64,000 nt of DNA from Rhizophagus irregularis (Eukaryota), in assembly GCF_026210795.1 (NCBI RefSeq), contig NC_089434.1:4526001-4590000 (forward strand), written 5' to 3'. Made by a program: the position numbers and the translations under genes. This document shows positions 40,954 through 55,156 of the stretch, piece after piece; positions within the stretch are counted from its first letter, which is position 1; the number at the start of each line of letters is the position of its first letter. The notes beneath the pieces were generated by a model. The model had not been told where the DNA came from and searched no databases. It saw nothing but the letters and a program-made list of their open reading frames with translations.

Positions 40954-43524
40954 TATTAAGCACGAGTGCTTAATAACAGTGAAAATAGGTATTGTTATAA
41001 AATTTTATTTAGGAGGTATTTTTTTTTTTTTTTTCTGATTCAAGCTTGGGCAAAAATGAACGATTTTTATAATAATTCCATGAGTGATTGATTGTCATAC
41101 ATGAAAGTTGTACAATTATTGTATAAATATATGTTTTCGGGAATAACTCAGTGTGAGTTGATTATATTTTTTTTCGCGTGAAATGTGATTTGTAAATTAA
41201 CGGCTAAATCCTATTGAGCTTAGTTCAAATGCATTCGTAAGCCTCATGAGCAAGCTGTCTGCAAGCACACAAGTGTAAATGAGATTTCAGATAACATATA
41301 ATTTATTGAAAGATTCTTACTTTACATTGAACCATATGATCAAAATCATTTGATCACAAAGGAATTTCCTGATGTATGAATTAAAAAGTATATATTACAA
41401 TCAGACTTAAACGCGCTTTTATTTTGTGCAATACAAACAAAAGTTGTTTAAACTTGTTGAAAAAACTTACATAATTTTACATAAATGAGATTAATGAAAG
41501 ACGCAAACGAAGTAAAAAGATTAAATTAATTATTGGCGTAAAAAAAACTATGCCAATTAAGAAAAGCCCCCATTCTTCATGGGTTTCTTTATTTTTTTAA
41601 ATATATACACATACACTGTAAATAATTTATTGAATATATTATATTAAAATAAATTTACTGTAAACATATTTTACTATAGTATCATTATATAATATGGCAT
41701 TTTTTTTTATAATTTTATTATCTCCCTCTTAAATATATATTTATTTGTATTATTCAAACAGAAAATGCCTCAAAAAAGATAAAAACAACTAAAAGACCAA
41801 GAATCATGAGGAGGATATATAGAAGACATTCTATTAAAAATGCCACCAATAATAGATACACATTGGGTTGCATAATTTATGAATATCTTGTATTACTATA
41901 TGCTATTCATCGAAATCACCTTAACCTTTGTTGTGGTATTGCGTTATTGCGGATCAAAGCCCAACCAGCAGTAATCACTAATATGATATACTATACAAGT
42001 TTTTTTTTCTTATTAAAATTAATATGTATTTCAATTTATAGGTCAAAAAATATATATATATATATATAGTAACGTCATAAAAATAGTTCCGTGTGAAAAT
42101 TTTTTTATGTTTTCCTTATCTCCTGCAGGAGAAAATGTTTCAAAATATAATGTATATACATATACGTTGACGCAGTTGAGCAGCTAACCCATTTTAAAAC
42201 AACCTACGGTACTTTTTTATGCATATTTGTCATGCATATCTTGCATATCGCTATCCCAAATCAGTTTTAGACCTGTTTTTATTATGCTAATAATATGATC
42301 TAAAAAATGATAAATATTTGAAGAAACTATTTTTTTTAAAAAAAATGAAGATATTAGAATAGTTTAAAAGATAATTCAAATTTAAAAAGAACGAAATTTT
42401 CAAGATAAAGGGAAAATAAATGTCAAAAGAAAAAAAAAGATTCTTATATTCGACTAAACCTAAAGTAAAATTTTTAACGTATTGAAAAGTCGGAGTTTGG
42501 GCATATGCATCCGCTAGTTTACAAATCTTATTCGTCAAAGGAATACCAATTTGAGGAAGGCTATGCTTGATTTCGGAGTCTCCGCAATTCTGTGCAGAAT
42601 GTTGAAATTGAAATATTTACAATACAATAAAATTCGTTTATAGAAAATTAAAAATAAATTATCCTAATTCTTGAAAGGTATCATTGATAAAAAAAAATGT
42701 TTTAACCTAAAAAAAGACCTCCAGTGGGAAAAAATTTTTTTTTTATTCCCATTTTTATAAAATCTTTTTCCATCCATTCAAATAAGTATAATCGAGTTTT
42801 ACTACAAGTTATATCGGCATATTTTATATTAGTATAGATATTCTATCATAGTATCACAACACTTGTATAATTCTATTATAACATCATGATCCTTAATATA
42901 CAGCAAAATTTTAAATATCGGTGAAAATACAAAGAAAAGGCGCAGAACAATGATATAATAGAGCTGCAGTGACGCCTTCACGTGATCTAAATTCATGATT
43001 TGTTTTTTGCCTTCATATGTTAATAAGATGCAATTCAAAAAAAATTATTTAATTATTTTGTTTTACATTTTAGTAATTTTTGTTCGGAGAAAAATAAAAA
43101 CTTGATCTATTTCTAATGAACCTAAACTCTCTTATTATCCTATACTCTACACGAATTTTCTCCTTCTGCGATCCCTAAAATAAATTAATTAATAATGTAT
43201 TTATTTGTGTCATTTATCAGCACTCTGTCGCGCACATGATCTGAAATTTTTATGCGTGCGTGAAAGCATAATCTATTTTTCTAATGGGTTAAGGCCCTAT
43301 AAAAAATCTTATTCATTATTTCTGTAAATCTCCGTAAATGTAAATAATTTGATAAATTCTGTGATATAAGGTTATTAATTCTAGAAAATAAGGGATTTAG
43401 GGTAAAGAAATTAGAACATTTAGGAGATTAGGTAAGAAATAAGAATGGTTTGAAATCTTTTCTGCGGACCAAAAATAATATTCTAATTCACGTGACATAT
43501 TTATCTCGGTATATAAAAAAAATT

Positions 43525-43667
43525 GGTATCGGGACATTTCACCGAAAGCCATTTCGCCGAAAAATAATCTCTTGCCTGAGTTATTTATAATTCTGCATAA
43601 TGTTGGCCCTATTTTTCGGCGAAACGTCCTTTCGGCGAAATGGCTTTCGGCGAAATGTACCGTAACC
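43525..43667. mobile_element. 143-bp MULE-like MITE with 9-bp TSD
   Basis: TIRs GGTATCGGGACATTTCACCGAAAGCCATTTCGCCGAAA / TTTCGGCGAAATGGCTTTCGGCGAAATGTACCGTAACC; AAAAAAATT on both flanks (low complexity). Confidence 0.8.
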
Positions 43668-45727
43668 AAAAAAATTTACATACCATCATATACCGAACCT
43701 TTTTTCTTGAACTTTCACCAGCTGAGGTTTGACTGTAAACAGATAATAAATTGATATAAATTAAGATATAAATTTTGACCTTTGGAAAGTGGTCTTCTTT
43801 AGAATAACATAATCTGAAATAATCTTAATTTCAACAAGTTATTTGATTTGCTTTTAATTAAACATTAAATAAATATCAATTCATATTTCATTATTTTATA
43901 TTTGATCATAATTATTTATTTCAAGTATTTTAATTCGTTCATTCAGATTAAATAAATGATACTTAAAGACCATTTTTTATCATGATTTAAGCAGCTACGT
44001 CACAAAATCATGATCATGAATTTATAGATTATTCAACGGGTTAGTGAATTTACCATTGATCGCACTAACAAAAATAAAAATAAAACATCAGAGATTTTAA
44101 AGAAGAGCGTTTAAGATTAAGCCAAGAGGGTAATTACATAACTTATTGTTAAACTTTGTAATTGAATGATTAATGTGTGCATTTAATTTATTTGACCTGA
44201 TCCAGCACGTCGCGAGCTTAGACAATCTAATAGCAATCAAAACATAGTAATCAATTATTAAAAAAAAAAAGATCATAATTTGAGTATATAGCAGAATACT
44301 ATTTATTTTTCTTAATTATCTTAAAAATAAACCTAATTACAATGTTTGAGACTACAAGAGATTCGATTACTATAACTTAATGAGATAAAGAAATATTTCT
44401 GGGTTAATATTCTGTATAATTGATTAAATGGATGATCATCCATTTAGATGAACGCACAATTAGCATTGATGCTTATTCATACGTCATTGGTTCTAAGCTT
44501 TGAAATGAAATAATATGAATTGATGAAAAAAGAAATTCATCCACTCCTACAGTCCTATAACCTATTATTTTGTTTGAGATGAAACTTCCCGAAAGATTCG
44601 CCGATTCATATTAGTGATATTACTGTGAACATAGTTATTTCTCTTGTTTCGTAGATTACGGTAGTAATCTATTTATGAATCATTAAAAGTCTTCCTAATT
44701 TTGGAAGTTTATCGAAGAATTTCATATCATTATGAAAACGATCTTGTTTAATTGCAGACAAAGTAAAACTAAACATCTTTATATAATCTTTATTAGTATA
44801 AAGCTTAAGTATGATTTATCATAAACTTTTAAGTTTCGTCATGTTTATATGATTGATAAATTGTTCGTTGTTTATCAGATACTTTGACGTTGGGATAATG
44901 GTCGAACATACTTTTTAGTTTACTAAGATACTCGTCTAGATTTTTTTTTTTTTCAAATTAAAAGCGGCTTTCAAAAAATAAGTAAATAATTCTGATATTA
45001 TTCAGACAAATAGAATCATGCCTGTTTTTGATATACTGATAATTTTTTAGACTAAGATACAAATAATTACTTTTGATATTTTTTGATGCATTACGTATAT
45101 ATATGAAGCATGATCTTGGACATCTACAGACTGCTTCACAGTTTTCACAAGGACGCAAGAATCCCGAGTTACATACGGCCAATAAATGTGGTTCAATTTT
45201 TTTGATAATAATAATTGTGCAAATTTAAGATCAGACAGTTTTGAATTTACAAAAAAGTCAATATGTAAAATGTATAATTCATGATATATAAAACTAACAA
45301 TGGTTTTCAGTGGTACAAAAGTTTCATGCTTCTACATGTCAATTTCGTTTACAAAGAGAGTGGTCATGTCAACTCATGTAAATTTCATGAAAAATTATTT
45401 TCTAGTTATGTGATACCGTGGTCCCTTGGTAGCATCATGATATGAAGGAATTCCTGGCGCAAAAGATAATCTTCAATTTCACAGTTTCTTGATTCTGTAG
45501 AAGTATGTTAATTGATCTTCTGAAACTGTCGAAACCCGAAACTTCCAAAACTAAACGTCACGTGAATTCCTTTTAATTGGAGACTAAATTAGGCGATCTT
45601 TCATCTAATCATTCTCATAAATAACCATTTCCCTTTTTTCTTTTAAAAACAATCAATTATTAATTATCATTTTCTTTATTTTCTTTTAACTGTCTACGCA
45701 AAATTTATCTTTTCTAACCCTTCCTCA

Positions 45728-47092
45728 AATGCTACTCCTTATAATTCCAACAAAAAAAAGAAAAGAAAGGTTCTGGTGGTCGCTTTAAGTCTTTGGTATG
45801 AGAGACCATGCTATATAAGGTAGAAAAGTACCAGAAACAACCTGTGTATACTGTGATCTATTTTGGAAAAAGGGTTAACCACAAGAGTTGGAAGCATTTT
45901 TACTAATGATTGTTCTAAAGTATCAGCTGGTACAAGACAATCTTGCAAAAGCCGAAGGAAATATATCTTGATTATCAAAATATTACAAAAGATGATATAA
46001 CCAATCTTCCATCTAAAAAATGAAAACCTAATGATGGTTCAATTCAAACAAAAATAGGAGATTTTCATCATTTCATGTAGTATTAATTCTCTTAGGATAA
46101 AACTCATGAAATTGATCGTGCTTGTGTAAAAGCATTTTTGTATGTGGCATTCCATGGCATGTAATTGAAAATCTTGTTTTATTGAATTTTTGAAGACTCT
46201 ACGCCCAGGATATACTCACCATCAAAAGAATTACTTTCTGGCATCCTTTTATCACAAGAAACTGCAGTTGTAAACACACGAGTTATTAAAGAATTGAAAA
46301 ATACAGCAAATTTAATATAGTGTATGTTATTCTCAACATTAATGTTTAGTGATTTTAGTTAATCTTTATTCTTAAACCTAACAGTCAATTGGAATTTTTT
46401 AATTCATACATCCAACCATAGAGAATATTTGTGGGCGCTAAGGTGTCTATTAAGTTAAAGTCATACTGGCGAATTTTTATTCGAAACAATTGATGAAATA
46501 ATTGATGAAATTGGTCCAGCAAATTTTTCAGTAATTGTAACAGATTCAGGAGCAAGTATTCTACAGAAAATATATAAAATATTCTTTAATATACGTTGTA
46601 TGGCACATGATATTAATTTGATTTCAAAAGATATTTGCTCTACTTCATCTGCAAATCGGATTTTAACAAAGTGTAATACTGCAGTGACATATTTTAAAAA
46701 AAGTCCATCAAAGGTAATTTAATTTTAAAATTTATCATTTATTTATTTTTTGATATTACAATTGGTTTTATTAATTTTTTATTGAAAAATGTTCTGTATT
46801 AAAAGAAGCTAAAGCCTGTGATATTAGTAGAAAAAGTGGATAGATACCAGATTGCATACTATGTATGACTATGTTGATTCAATTATGCGTCATAAAGTAC
46901 CATTAGAAAATGTAAGATTTTGAAATTATTGTCTGAATTCATTTAATTACTGTTTTAACAAATAATTTCTTTTTTTTTTTTGCCTTTTTTTAGTCAAAAT
47001 TGAAACTCTTTCAACAGCAGTATTGTCAGTTCTACGGTCACGTGCGCTTTATTGATGATTTATATGCGTTAGCATTTACATCCTATTAAATA
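45728..47092 (+). mobile_element. hAT (BED finger plus DUF659-type) transposase relic, N-terminal two thirds
   Basis: TCVYCD.FWK, IDRACVKAF..CGIPWHVIEN..FIEFLKTLRPGY, SHTGEFL, IVTDSGA, RCMAHDINLISKD; intron-containing, many lesions. Confidence 0.85.
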
Positions 47093-49161
47093 TTTATGGT
47101 GGTTATTATCGACCTAAATGTATAATTGGTCAACCCTCAAACAACACAATAGTTATACACGCAGCCATCCATACTAAAAACAAAAACCGATTAAATATTA
47201 TGTATAGAACTATTAAATAACACATTTCACTACGTACTCTGTCGTATAACGCATATAACGACTTCCTTGCACGTTCTTCAATTAATGGTCAAAAAATCAA
47301 TCCAGGAATTTTATATACGGATCTTGAACCTCAATTTAATGATAGTTTATTTTTTCCTTCAAATACGACAAACTCTTTTTTAATTAAAAAAAATTATAAT
47401 TATTCTACTATTTTTCTTCTTTGATCCTTATAAGTTCACAATTAACAGACTTTAATCATTTAGAATTTATACAGATGGTTCGCTCATACGAGATATTAAA
47501 CGACGTTTCCAAAATGAGATTTGGATGATATTTACTACAAACATCGACCTAGATATCAAGTACAGTAGATCAACTGTTCACTGTTCAAGTTCGACAAAAG
47601 CCAAAACAGTTGCTATTTTGACAGCTTTAATTGTCTACCCTATTCATGTAAAGTAGACATTTACACGGACTCAATGTGTGCAATCTCGACTTTCAATTCA
47701 TTAATGTCGCCAAAATTAACACCTTGACGTTTACAAAAAATTAATAATGTTTTATTTTGGCAAGCAATTAAGTATATTATTAAAATGCTTCATCTCGATG
47801 TAACACTACACAAAATCAAACACATTCTAGCAACATATATAATGACAGCCGATGACCTAGCAAAAAGGCCGCGACGATCCTAACTCGTTACAAATCTCGC
47901 TACTTCGGATACCCGATCAACTATGCACAGTCAAGTTCAACGACGAAATTACTATATATCGAGACTTAAGAAAATCTTTAAAGAAGATCATTAATTTCAG
48001 AACTCTGGAACATCATATTTCCCATCTCATCAACTAAACATTTCACCCTTGATTAAATTATAGATTAGGAATACACACAATTATGGATAAAATATAATCC
48101 TTTTGATAGACCCACTAGCCTCAAGTATAGTAAGCTGTAAGCTGGCGTGTTAAGGCTTCTAGTTACAACCTCCCGACTTTAGACATACTGAACCGATATC
48201 TTGAAAGGATTCGATCAATGTTTTTCCTGTCATGATTCACCAGAAACCAATGAACATTTGTGGATTTGCCCAAAAGTTTTAGAAATAATGAAACCCGTCT
48301 TTGATAAACATAAAGAAATCTTTAAGACAACGATTACAGCTAATTCTGACAGTTTGACTGCACTATATGAAGATTGCATAAGTTTTTGTCCAATTTTTAC
48401 CTGGACTAATAACCCTCCGACGACATTGAGTGAAGCTCCGACCCTCCACTGTTTATTACTCAATTTAATCTCAAAGGATATAATATACCCATATAGAGCT
48501 GCAAGTTTAAATAAAGCCTCGATCAAAAAGTTATTATTAAAATTTTTATCAGATCTTCACTAAGATATCTTCAAAACTTTATGGCATGCACGGAAGTACC
48601 GAATGGAAAAAATGGAAACAGGAACACCAAATCACGAAGACAACGTTCACGACTTACTTACCGGAAACGCAAACGTCATCATGAAGACCATTTTTCTGGT
48701 CCATCTAATGAATCAGCTCGCGTCAGCGACTCACATGGTTATATTAATCCGTTCAATGATTCTCGTCGCGCTCTCGACAACTCCATTTTATGGATATACC
48801 TCACTAGTTCAAATTTCCGTCATGGATGTCATCATTAAACATAGACTTATCATCTGTTACTTTTACTCGTTCACACAATAGATTTAATTATAGTTTACTT
48901 TATTTTATATATAGGCTCTTCGGTTTCTTTTTTTAACTCTTTTTATTTTTTTTGATTAGTTCTGGTCTTATTTTTTTGTTCTTAATTTGGGCAGTAGCGT
49001 AGTTCTCCTGTTTCAAATAGCAGTTACCGAAGGGTGAGGTCCTGCTTGGCAGGATGAATATCAATGATCAATAGCTTATCTTTGTTTTCTTTGTATACAA
49101 AATACTATTAATGTAACTGACTTTGAATAACCACTCTTTAGAAATAAAATAAGTGAATAAA
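47093..49161 (+). mobile_element. 5'-truncated LINE (RNase H and C-terminal CCHC region) inserted in the hAT relic
   Basis: FYTDGS-like, SSTKAKTVAILTAL, VDIYTDS, LHKIK.HS, ADDLAK, NLPTLD, CFSC....ETNEHLWIC; A-rich 3' end; TSD ACATCCTATTAAATA (47078-47092) / ACGTCCTATTAAATA (49162-49176). Confidence 0.85.
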
Positions 49162-49187
49162 ACGTCCTATTAAATAATCAATAGAAT

Positions 49188-49620
49188 GGAACCGGAAATA
49201 CAAGCGAAATTGGTTACGGATTAGGCAAATTCTTTTGTCTAAATGTACCTCTCAAAGATGGAATTGATGATAATAGCTATGTTTCATTGTTCAAGGATGT
49301 TATGTTAGATCATTATCAACCAAGTGTTATTGTATTACAATGTGGAGCAGATTCTCTCGGAAAAGATAGATTATGAGGTTTTAATATAAGTATTAAAGCT
49401 CATGGAGAGTGCGTAAGATTTATAAAAAGTTGGCAGATTCCCTTGTTAGTTCTTGGAGGTGGCGGTTATAGAATTCCTAATGTAGCAAGATGTTGGACTT
49501 ATGAAACTGGAATATTACTTGGGTTTCCAAGTGTTGAACTTCTTGATAGGAATTTAGAGATGCTAGTTTAGAGATAGAAAACCTTTAATGTGGAGATAAT
49601 GAATATTTTGATGGGACAGT
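49188..49620 (+). pseudogene. Class I histone deacetylase (Hos2-like) C-terminal fragment
   Basis: [94 protein letters not shown]. Confidence 0.9.
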
Positions 49621-52600
49621 GATAATGATAAATGTTGATATGATTTAAAAATATAATTTTTTTTTTTATTACGAGTAACTTTGGAAATAAACGCTTTTCT
49701 CGGTCTCTCTTCTTTTTTAGAATCTTAGTGATTGGTAAGATGTTTATAACACTTTTTATTCATTTTCGTTTCAAAATAAAAATTACACTTGGCTAAAGGA
49801 CAATTATTGGTCAGAATAGGCATATCATTAAGAAATTGGGTTTTAAAGGACGTTGACTAAAATAGACAATTAAAAAATAAAAAAATAAACTTGGATATTT
49901 GAGCCAATTGTTCTAATAAATATACAACTTTATAATATTATCATATCTTTGGTTTCTAATCCTTTCCCGAATTTTTATTGTCTATGTCACCGCCGAACAT
50001 TAAGTAAATTTAATAAAGAATAATTATATCCAAGAAATCAACCTAGGCTTCGTTCATCAGCTCAAATCCTGAGTATGCCTACAACCATAACTATAGCAGC
50101 AAAAAATCAGTACTACTGCGTAACTGCCTTCACTTAAGACGGAATTTGTCCAAATAATCTATAATAAATAATAAAAGATTAAAACTAAGTTTTCACATCA
50201 ATCTCTTCAATCAATATAAATATAATTTGAATGCTAACAAACCTGATAACGCTAACATATTTGAAAAATCATGAACCGCTCACTTGTGTTCTGATCCTAA
50301 TCACTTGTAATTGAGCTTGTAAAGTAAATGTTCATGAAAGAGCAGGATAACGCGGCTTGATTTTCTCAATAATCTTTAACCAAGTGATGAATTCTTTAAC
50401 AGTATGTTATGTAACATCAGATTTCTTGCGGCCGTTTTGATGCGCGCAATTTTTCAAAATACGCATCCGTTTCTTGTTCTTCCAAGTAACAAAGAATTTC
50501 CTTTTGGATGCTTCTCTTATTCAGTTAAGAAATTCTTTAGGGTTTCAAATAATTAAAGGTGATGCAGTTGAATCAGACTTTACTCATATAATAATGTAAT
50601 CTAATGATAAATTTATTCCAAAAAAAAGGAGTTTAAAATACCTTTAACTGCGAATAACGGTACATTAAGTTCTTTATATTCGAATTTTGAAAATCTATGC
50701 CTAATTCTTGCCACTCCTCTATTTGATCCATCTCGCCTATATCATTAGACATAGCTTTTTTTAAAGAACTCTTGAATATTCCAACAAAAAGAAAAATAAG
50801 TCATTAATCTTTTAGTAAATTATTTTTTATCAAATTATCATGAAAGACGACATTTCAAAAGAAAAAGAAGTCATTGATAGTAAATAATTTTTATCATAAA
50901 TTACCTTTAAATAATAAGAGAAAAGCATCTAAAAGGAAGATTCATTGTTACTTGGAAGAACAAGAACAAAGATCGCGCATCAAAACGATCGCGACGTGCT
51001 CCTGAAAATGTTACCGTTGAGTGTAATAAAGTTGATAAAATTATTTCTTCTAAGCGGGCAGTTTTTGTTTCGAGAAAGTTTTGAAGTTTTTTAAAAAAAT
51101 CTTTCAAACTCCAAAAAAAATACAATGTAAGCTTATTTTTAAAAGATCTACATAAGCATTTGAAATCACATGATTTTCATATGATCGGCCCAAATTTGAA
51201 ACAAAATATGGTTGGCCATAATTTGGGCTGACTCCATGCATTGTGATAATGCCAGCCCGAATTATCATAATATGAATCAAATGTAATTTTTTTTAAAAAA
51301 AAATGTATGACTTTTATAAAATGGTATTTACTGAAATCTACTTTTTCTTATGTTTAAGAAATTCCAGTTTTTTATTGGCTGAATTCTGGATATATGATAT
51401 AGAATCAGCTACTTCTGGAGGTCGTCTAAAGTGGGGGCAAATCATGTGACTTCAAAAAAAATTGTTTTCATAAAATAAAACTTTTACCATATATTCAACC
51501 ATTCTAAACATGCATTTTAAATGCATTTTTGCCTGCTCTGCAAGTTTACTTAAAGTACAGAGTAGCATAGCAGACATCACTATTTTATCACTGATCATTT
51601 GTCAATCATTTGCTGATCATTTATTCAATTATCACATAATATAATACCATTGCTAAAAAAATTTACATAATAAATATATGCTCAAATTTCACAAATAACT
51701 TAAATTTAGTTTTAATTTATTGTATATTAAATTTCATTAGAAACATTTTAACTTTTATTATTATTTGGCATATATTTATTCATTTTACAAAATTATTCAC
51801 TAAATATGTTACTAATAAAAAACCTGCATTATGAATCAGATCACTGCATTATTTTTTTTATAAATTCTACATAATATAAAGAATATTTGTGCAAAGTTTT
51901 GAGTTTTGCCCATGCATATTCATCTCTACCCATCAAATTTTATCTGATGATCAGCAAAAAATTATGAATTATCACATATGAATAATGTGTTATAAAATAT
52001 TAAAAAATTATGCCAATAATTATATAATTAAAATTATATAATAATTTAATGCTTAGCTTATATTTCCATAATTTTTTTACCACATTATTTTGAAAATATT
52101 TGTGGCTTTTACAATAAATTTTAAAATTGGAATTATGTAATCGGCAAATGATCAGCAAGGTGATATAAGCATGTCCGCCATGCTGTACAGAATAGGAATA
52201 TAGGGTTTTGAATACTGTTTTTGATTTATTTAACTTTTCAATTTTGCTATCCATTTTTGGATATGATCAACAAAGTTTCATTCATTCATATATAAAGTCA
52301 AAAATAATATGCAAAATCCACTTTTTTTCCTTAAGTAAACTTACAAAGCAGATAAAAATATACTTAGGAAAGTGACACATATTACGTCATATTCATTTTA
52401 CTATGAATTTTACCCCCTTTCCTTCTTGTCAGATTTAATAACCAATTAAATTTAATTATACAATTTATATAAATAGAATAAGTGTAATGTCAGATTTTAA
52501 TTATCTATAACCAATTTAATAATTATGTCATATGTGTCACTTCTCTTATATTATGATTTTAAAGTTTCTATTAATCTTTTTTTATAAAAAATTAATCTAA

Positions 52601-52900
52601 TTAAAATTACACCAAATCACGTGATTTGCTTCCACTTTAGATGACATCTAATTTAGCATTACCCCAAAAAAAAATACTAATCATGTGACTATAGGCCAGT
52701 TCATAATTGTTCGATCGGCATCTTTGATCAGGTTACACTAAAATTGTGACAAATAAAATTCACCTCAAAAACGATTAACTAGCTGATTTTTTGACCTACC
52801 AAAAACGTAGATCTCTATGATCGAATTGATAAAATAAGGGTAAAGTACGCGTAAAAATGTATACTAGACGTGTTTTTTCTTTCTTATTTCCTCTTTACTA

Positions 52901-54526
52901 ATGGAATTTCCGAAAGATCCTTTAAACAACCCTCAAGTAAATATTTCATATAAAAATAACAAGTTACTAAGGCCTATTAAACCTAGAAATTTATACCCTT
53001 CACCTTCTACTGGAATTTTTGAATAAAGTAATGTGGATTTATACTAAAATCCCTTACTAACAAGACAAAGTTATGTTGCTCCTAGTTTTTATATACAAAA
53101 TGGAAGCAGTTTTGGCCAAAGCTTTTCTGGGCCTAACTATTTTGAAAGAGAATCTGCAGAGTTACAAAGATATCAAAAAGAAAATGTTGTTGATGATAAA
53201 GTTTCTGATGTAGAAATTAATTATCAACAAAAAAAAGAAAAGATTAATGACGAAAAAGAATTAACAGTGAGTAAAAGTACTTTATTAATTTTTTAGTTGT
53301 AATTTATTTTATTTTAATTAAAATTAATTTAGGATGTTAACTACAAAAAAAAATCTAATAATAATCGTAAATCTGGTAATGAGGGCGAGTCTAATAACAA
53401 TTGGCAAGTCTATGAAGTTAATATTTTACTTCAATACATTGCAGATAATTTTGATGAGTATACAAAAGGTAATAAAACTAAATTGTTTAATGAAATGTCT
53501 GTAAAGGTATTAAAAAATAAAGAGCCTAATACTATTAAAAGCAAGTTAGCAATGATGATCAAATACTATGGTGAGGTTAAAGCTCATAACGAAAAATCTG
53601 GTGTAAAGAGAAAAAACTGGGATTGGTATGAGAAAATGGATGCTATTTTTGGTACTCGTGAAAATATAGCACCTTCTTTTATAGTAAATAGATCTACTGA
53701 TATTGATAGCAAAGAATCTTCAGATATAGTACCTAAAACACCTAAAAGATAAAAAAAAAATAATGTAGATACTATTGCTATGGCTATTTCTACAATGAGT
53801 GAAACTAGAAAAAGAGTATGGGAAAAGAAGCTTGAGTTAGAAAAAGAAAGGATTGAAAAAAATCATACTATTGACCCTATAAAAAGTATTTATATTTAAA
53901 ATATAATTAAAAACTTTTTAAAATATATTTAAAATATACTTAAAATATATTTAATTTAAAAATTGCGAAATACTTATAATATACTTAAAATATATTTAAA
54001 ATTATCTTAAAATATATTTCTAATATATTTAATTTTTGGCTTCCCAAATACTTAAAATATACTTAAATTATATTTAAATTAAAATTTAAGTATATTATAG
54101 ATATATTTTTTATATACTTAAAATATACTTATAATATATTTCATAATATATTTTAAGTATATTTTAAGTATGTAAAAAATATACTTATAATAATCTTATA
54201 ATATACTTAAATTTTAATTTAAATATAATTTAAATATATTTTAAGTGTATGGGCAAAAATTAAATATATTAAACATATATTTTAAGATAATTTTAAGTAT
54301 ATTTTAGATATATTAAAAATATATTATAAGTATTTTGCAATTTTTAAATTAAGTATATTTTAAATATATTTTAAGTATATTTTAAGTATAATACTTTTTA
54401 TAGGGTGAAATGGGTAAATTAGAAGTAGAAAAACAGAAATGGGAATTTGAAAGAGAGAAAATGAAAATGGAGCATGAACTAAAATTGAAAGAGATGGAAT
54501 TTAAACAATCAAACAATACGAACTAA
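52901..54526 (+). pseudogene. Harbinger Myb/SANT-like (trihelix) DNA-binding protein gene, disrupted
   Basis: WQVYEVNILLQYIADNF...KTKLFNEMS...IKSKL..MIKYY...WDWYEKMDAIFG, coiled-coil tail; intron about 53269-53332; premature TAA codons; split by a MITE. Confidence 0.85.
53875..54405. mobile_element. 531-bp AT-rich foldback MITE, CCC...GGG termini, 3-bp TSD TGA
   Basis: TGA|CCCTATAAAAAGTATT ... AATACTTTTTATAGGG|TGA; removal restores the frame HTIEMGKLEVEK; long internal inverted arms. Confidence 0.9.
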
Positions 54527-54675
54527 TGAAATAATATTCTCTTATAGGATAATCTTAGTATATTTTTTTTTTCTAATAGCTTTAATATAATTTTCTTTTT
54601 TGTAAATAGTGATAAGTTTATGTAATAATTTTACAATAATAAAGGTTTTATTTTGTAGTGTTCAATATTTGTATA

Positions 54676-55103
54676 CAGTCAGACCTCTATATATCAATAT
54701 CCTATGTACCGATAATTGCCTGTACCGATAAATTTTCTATGTCCCGTTTCACAATTAATAAAAAAATCTCATTGTACCGATATTATATATGGTTTCATGA
54801 TGTAACATATACCAATACTTTTCTTGGCCCCTTTATAATTAATACATAGTAAGATGTACTGATACTTTAGGTTACACTGGTATTAATTCGGGTCAACACT
54901 ATGAATTTAGCCGGAGTTAACATAAAGGTTTCATCCAAATCACATGATATTTTAATATATTAGCTATCCAGAGTTTACATAATGCTGGCAAGAATTGGAT
55001 TTTGGCCCACATTATGATTCACTGATGACGGTTATGTAACGATAATTTGATATACCGATATATTTTCCTAAAACAACAGTATCGGTACATAGAGGTCCGA
55101 CTG
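54676..55103. mobile_element. 428-bp CAGTC-type (pogo/Tc1-like) MITE, TA TSD
   Basis: TA|CAGTCAGACCTCTAT ... ATAGAGGTCCGACTG|TA; internal GTACCGATA repeats. Confidence 0.9.
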
Positions 55104-55156
55104 TATACTGTTTGCATAATATTCATAATAACATTTACAGATGACATTGAATTTTA

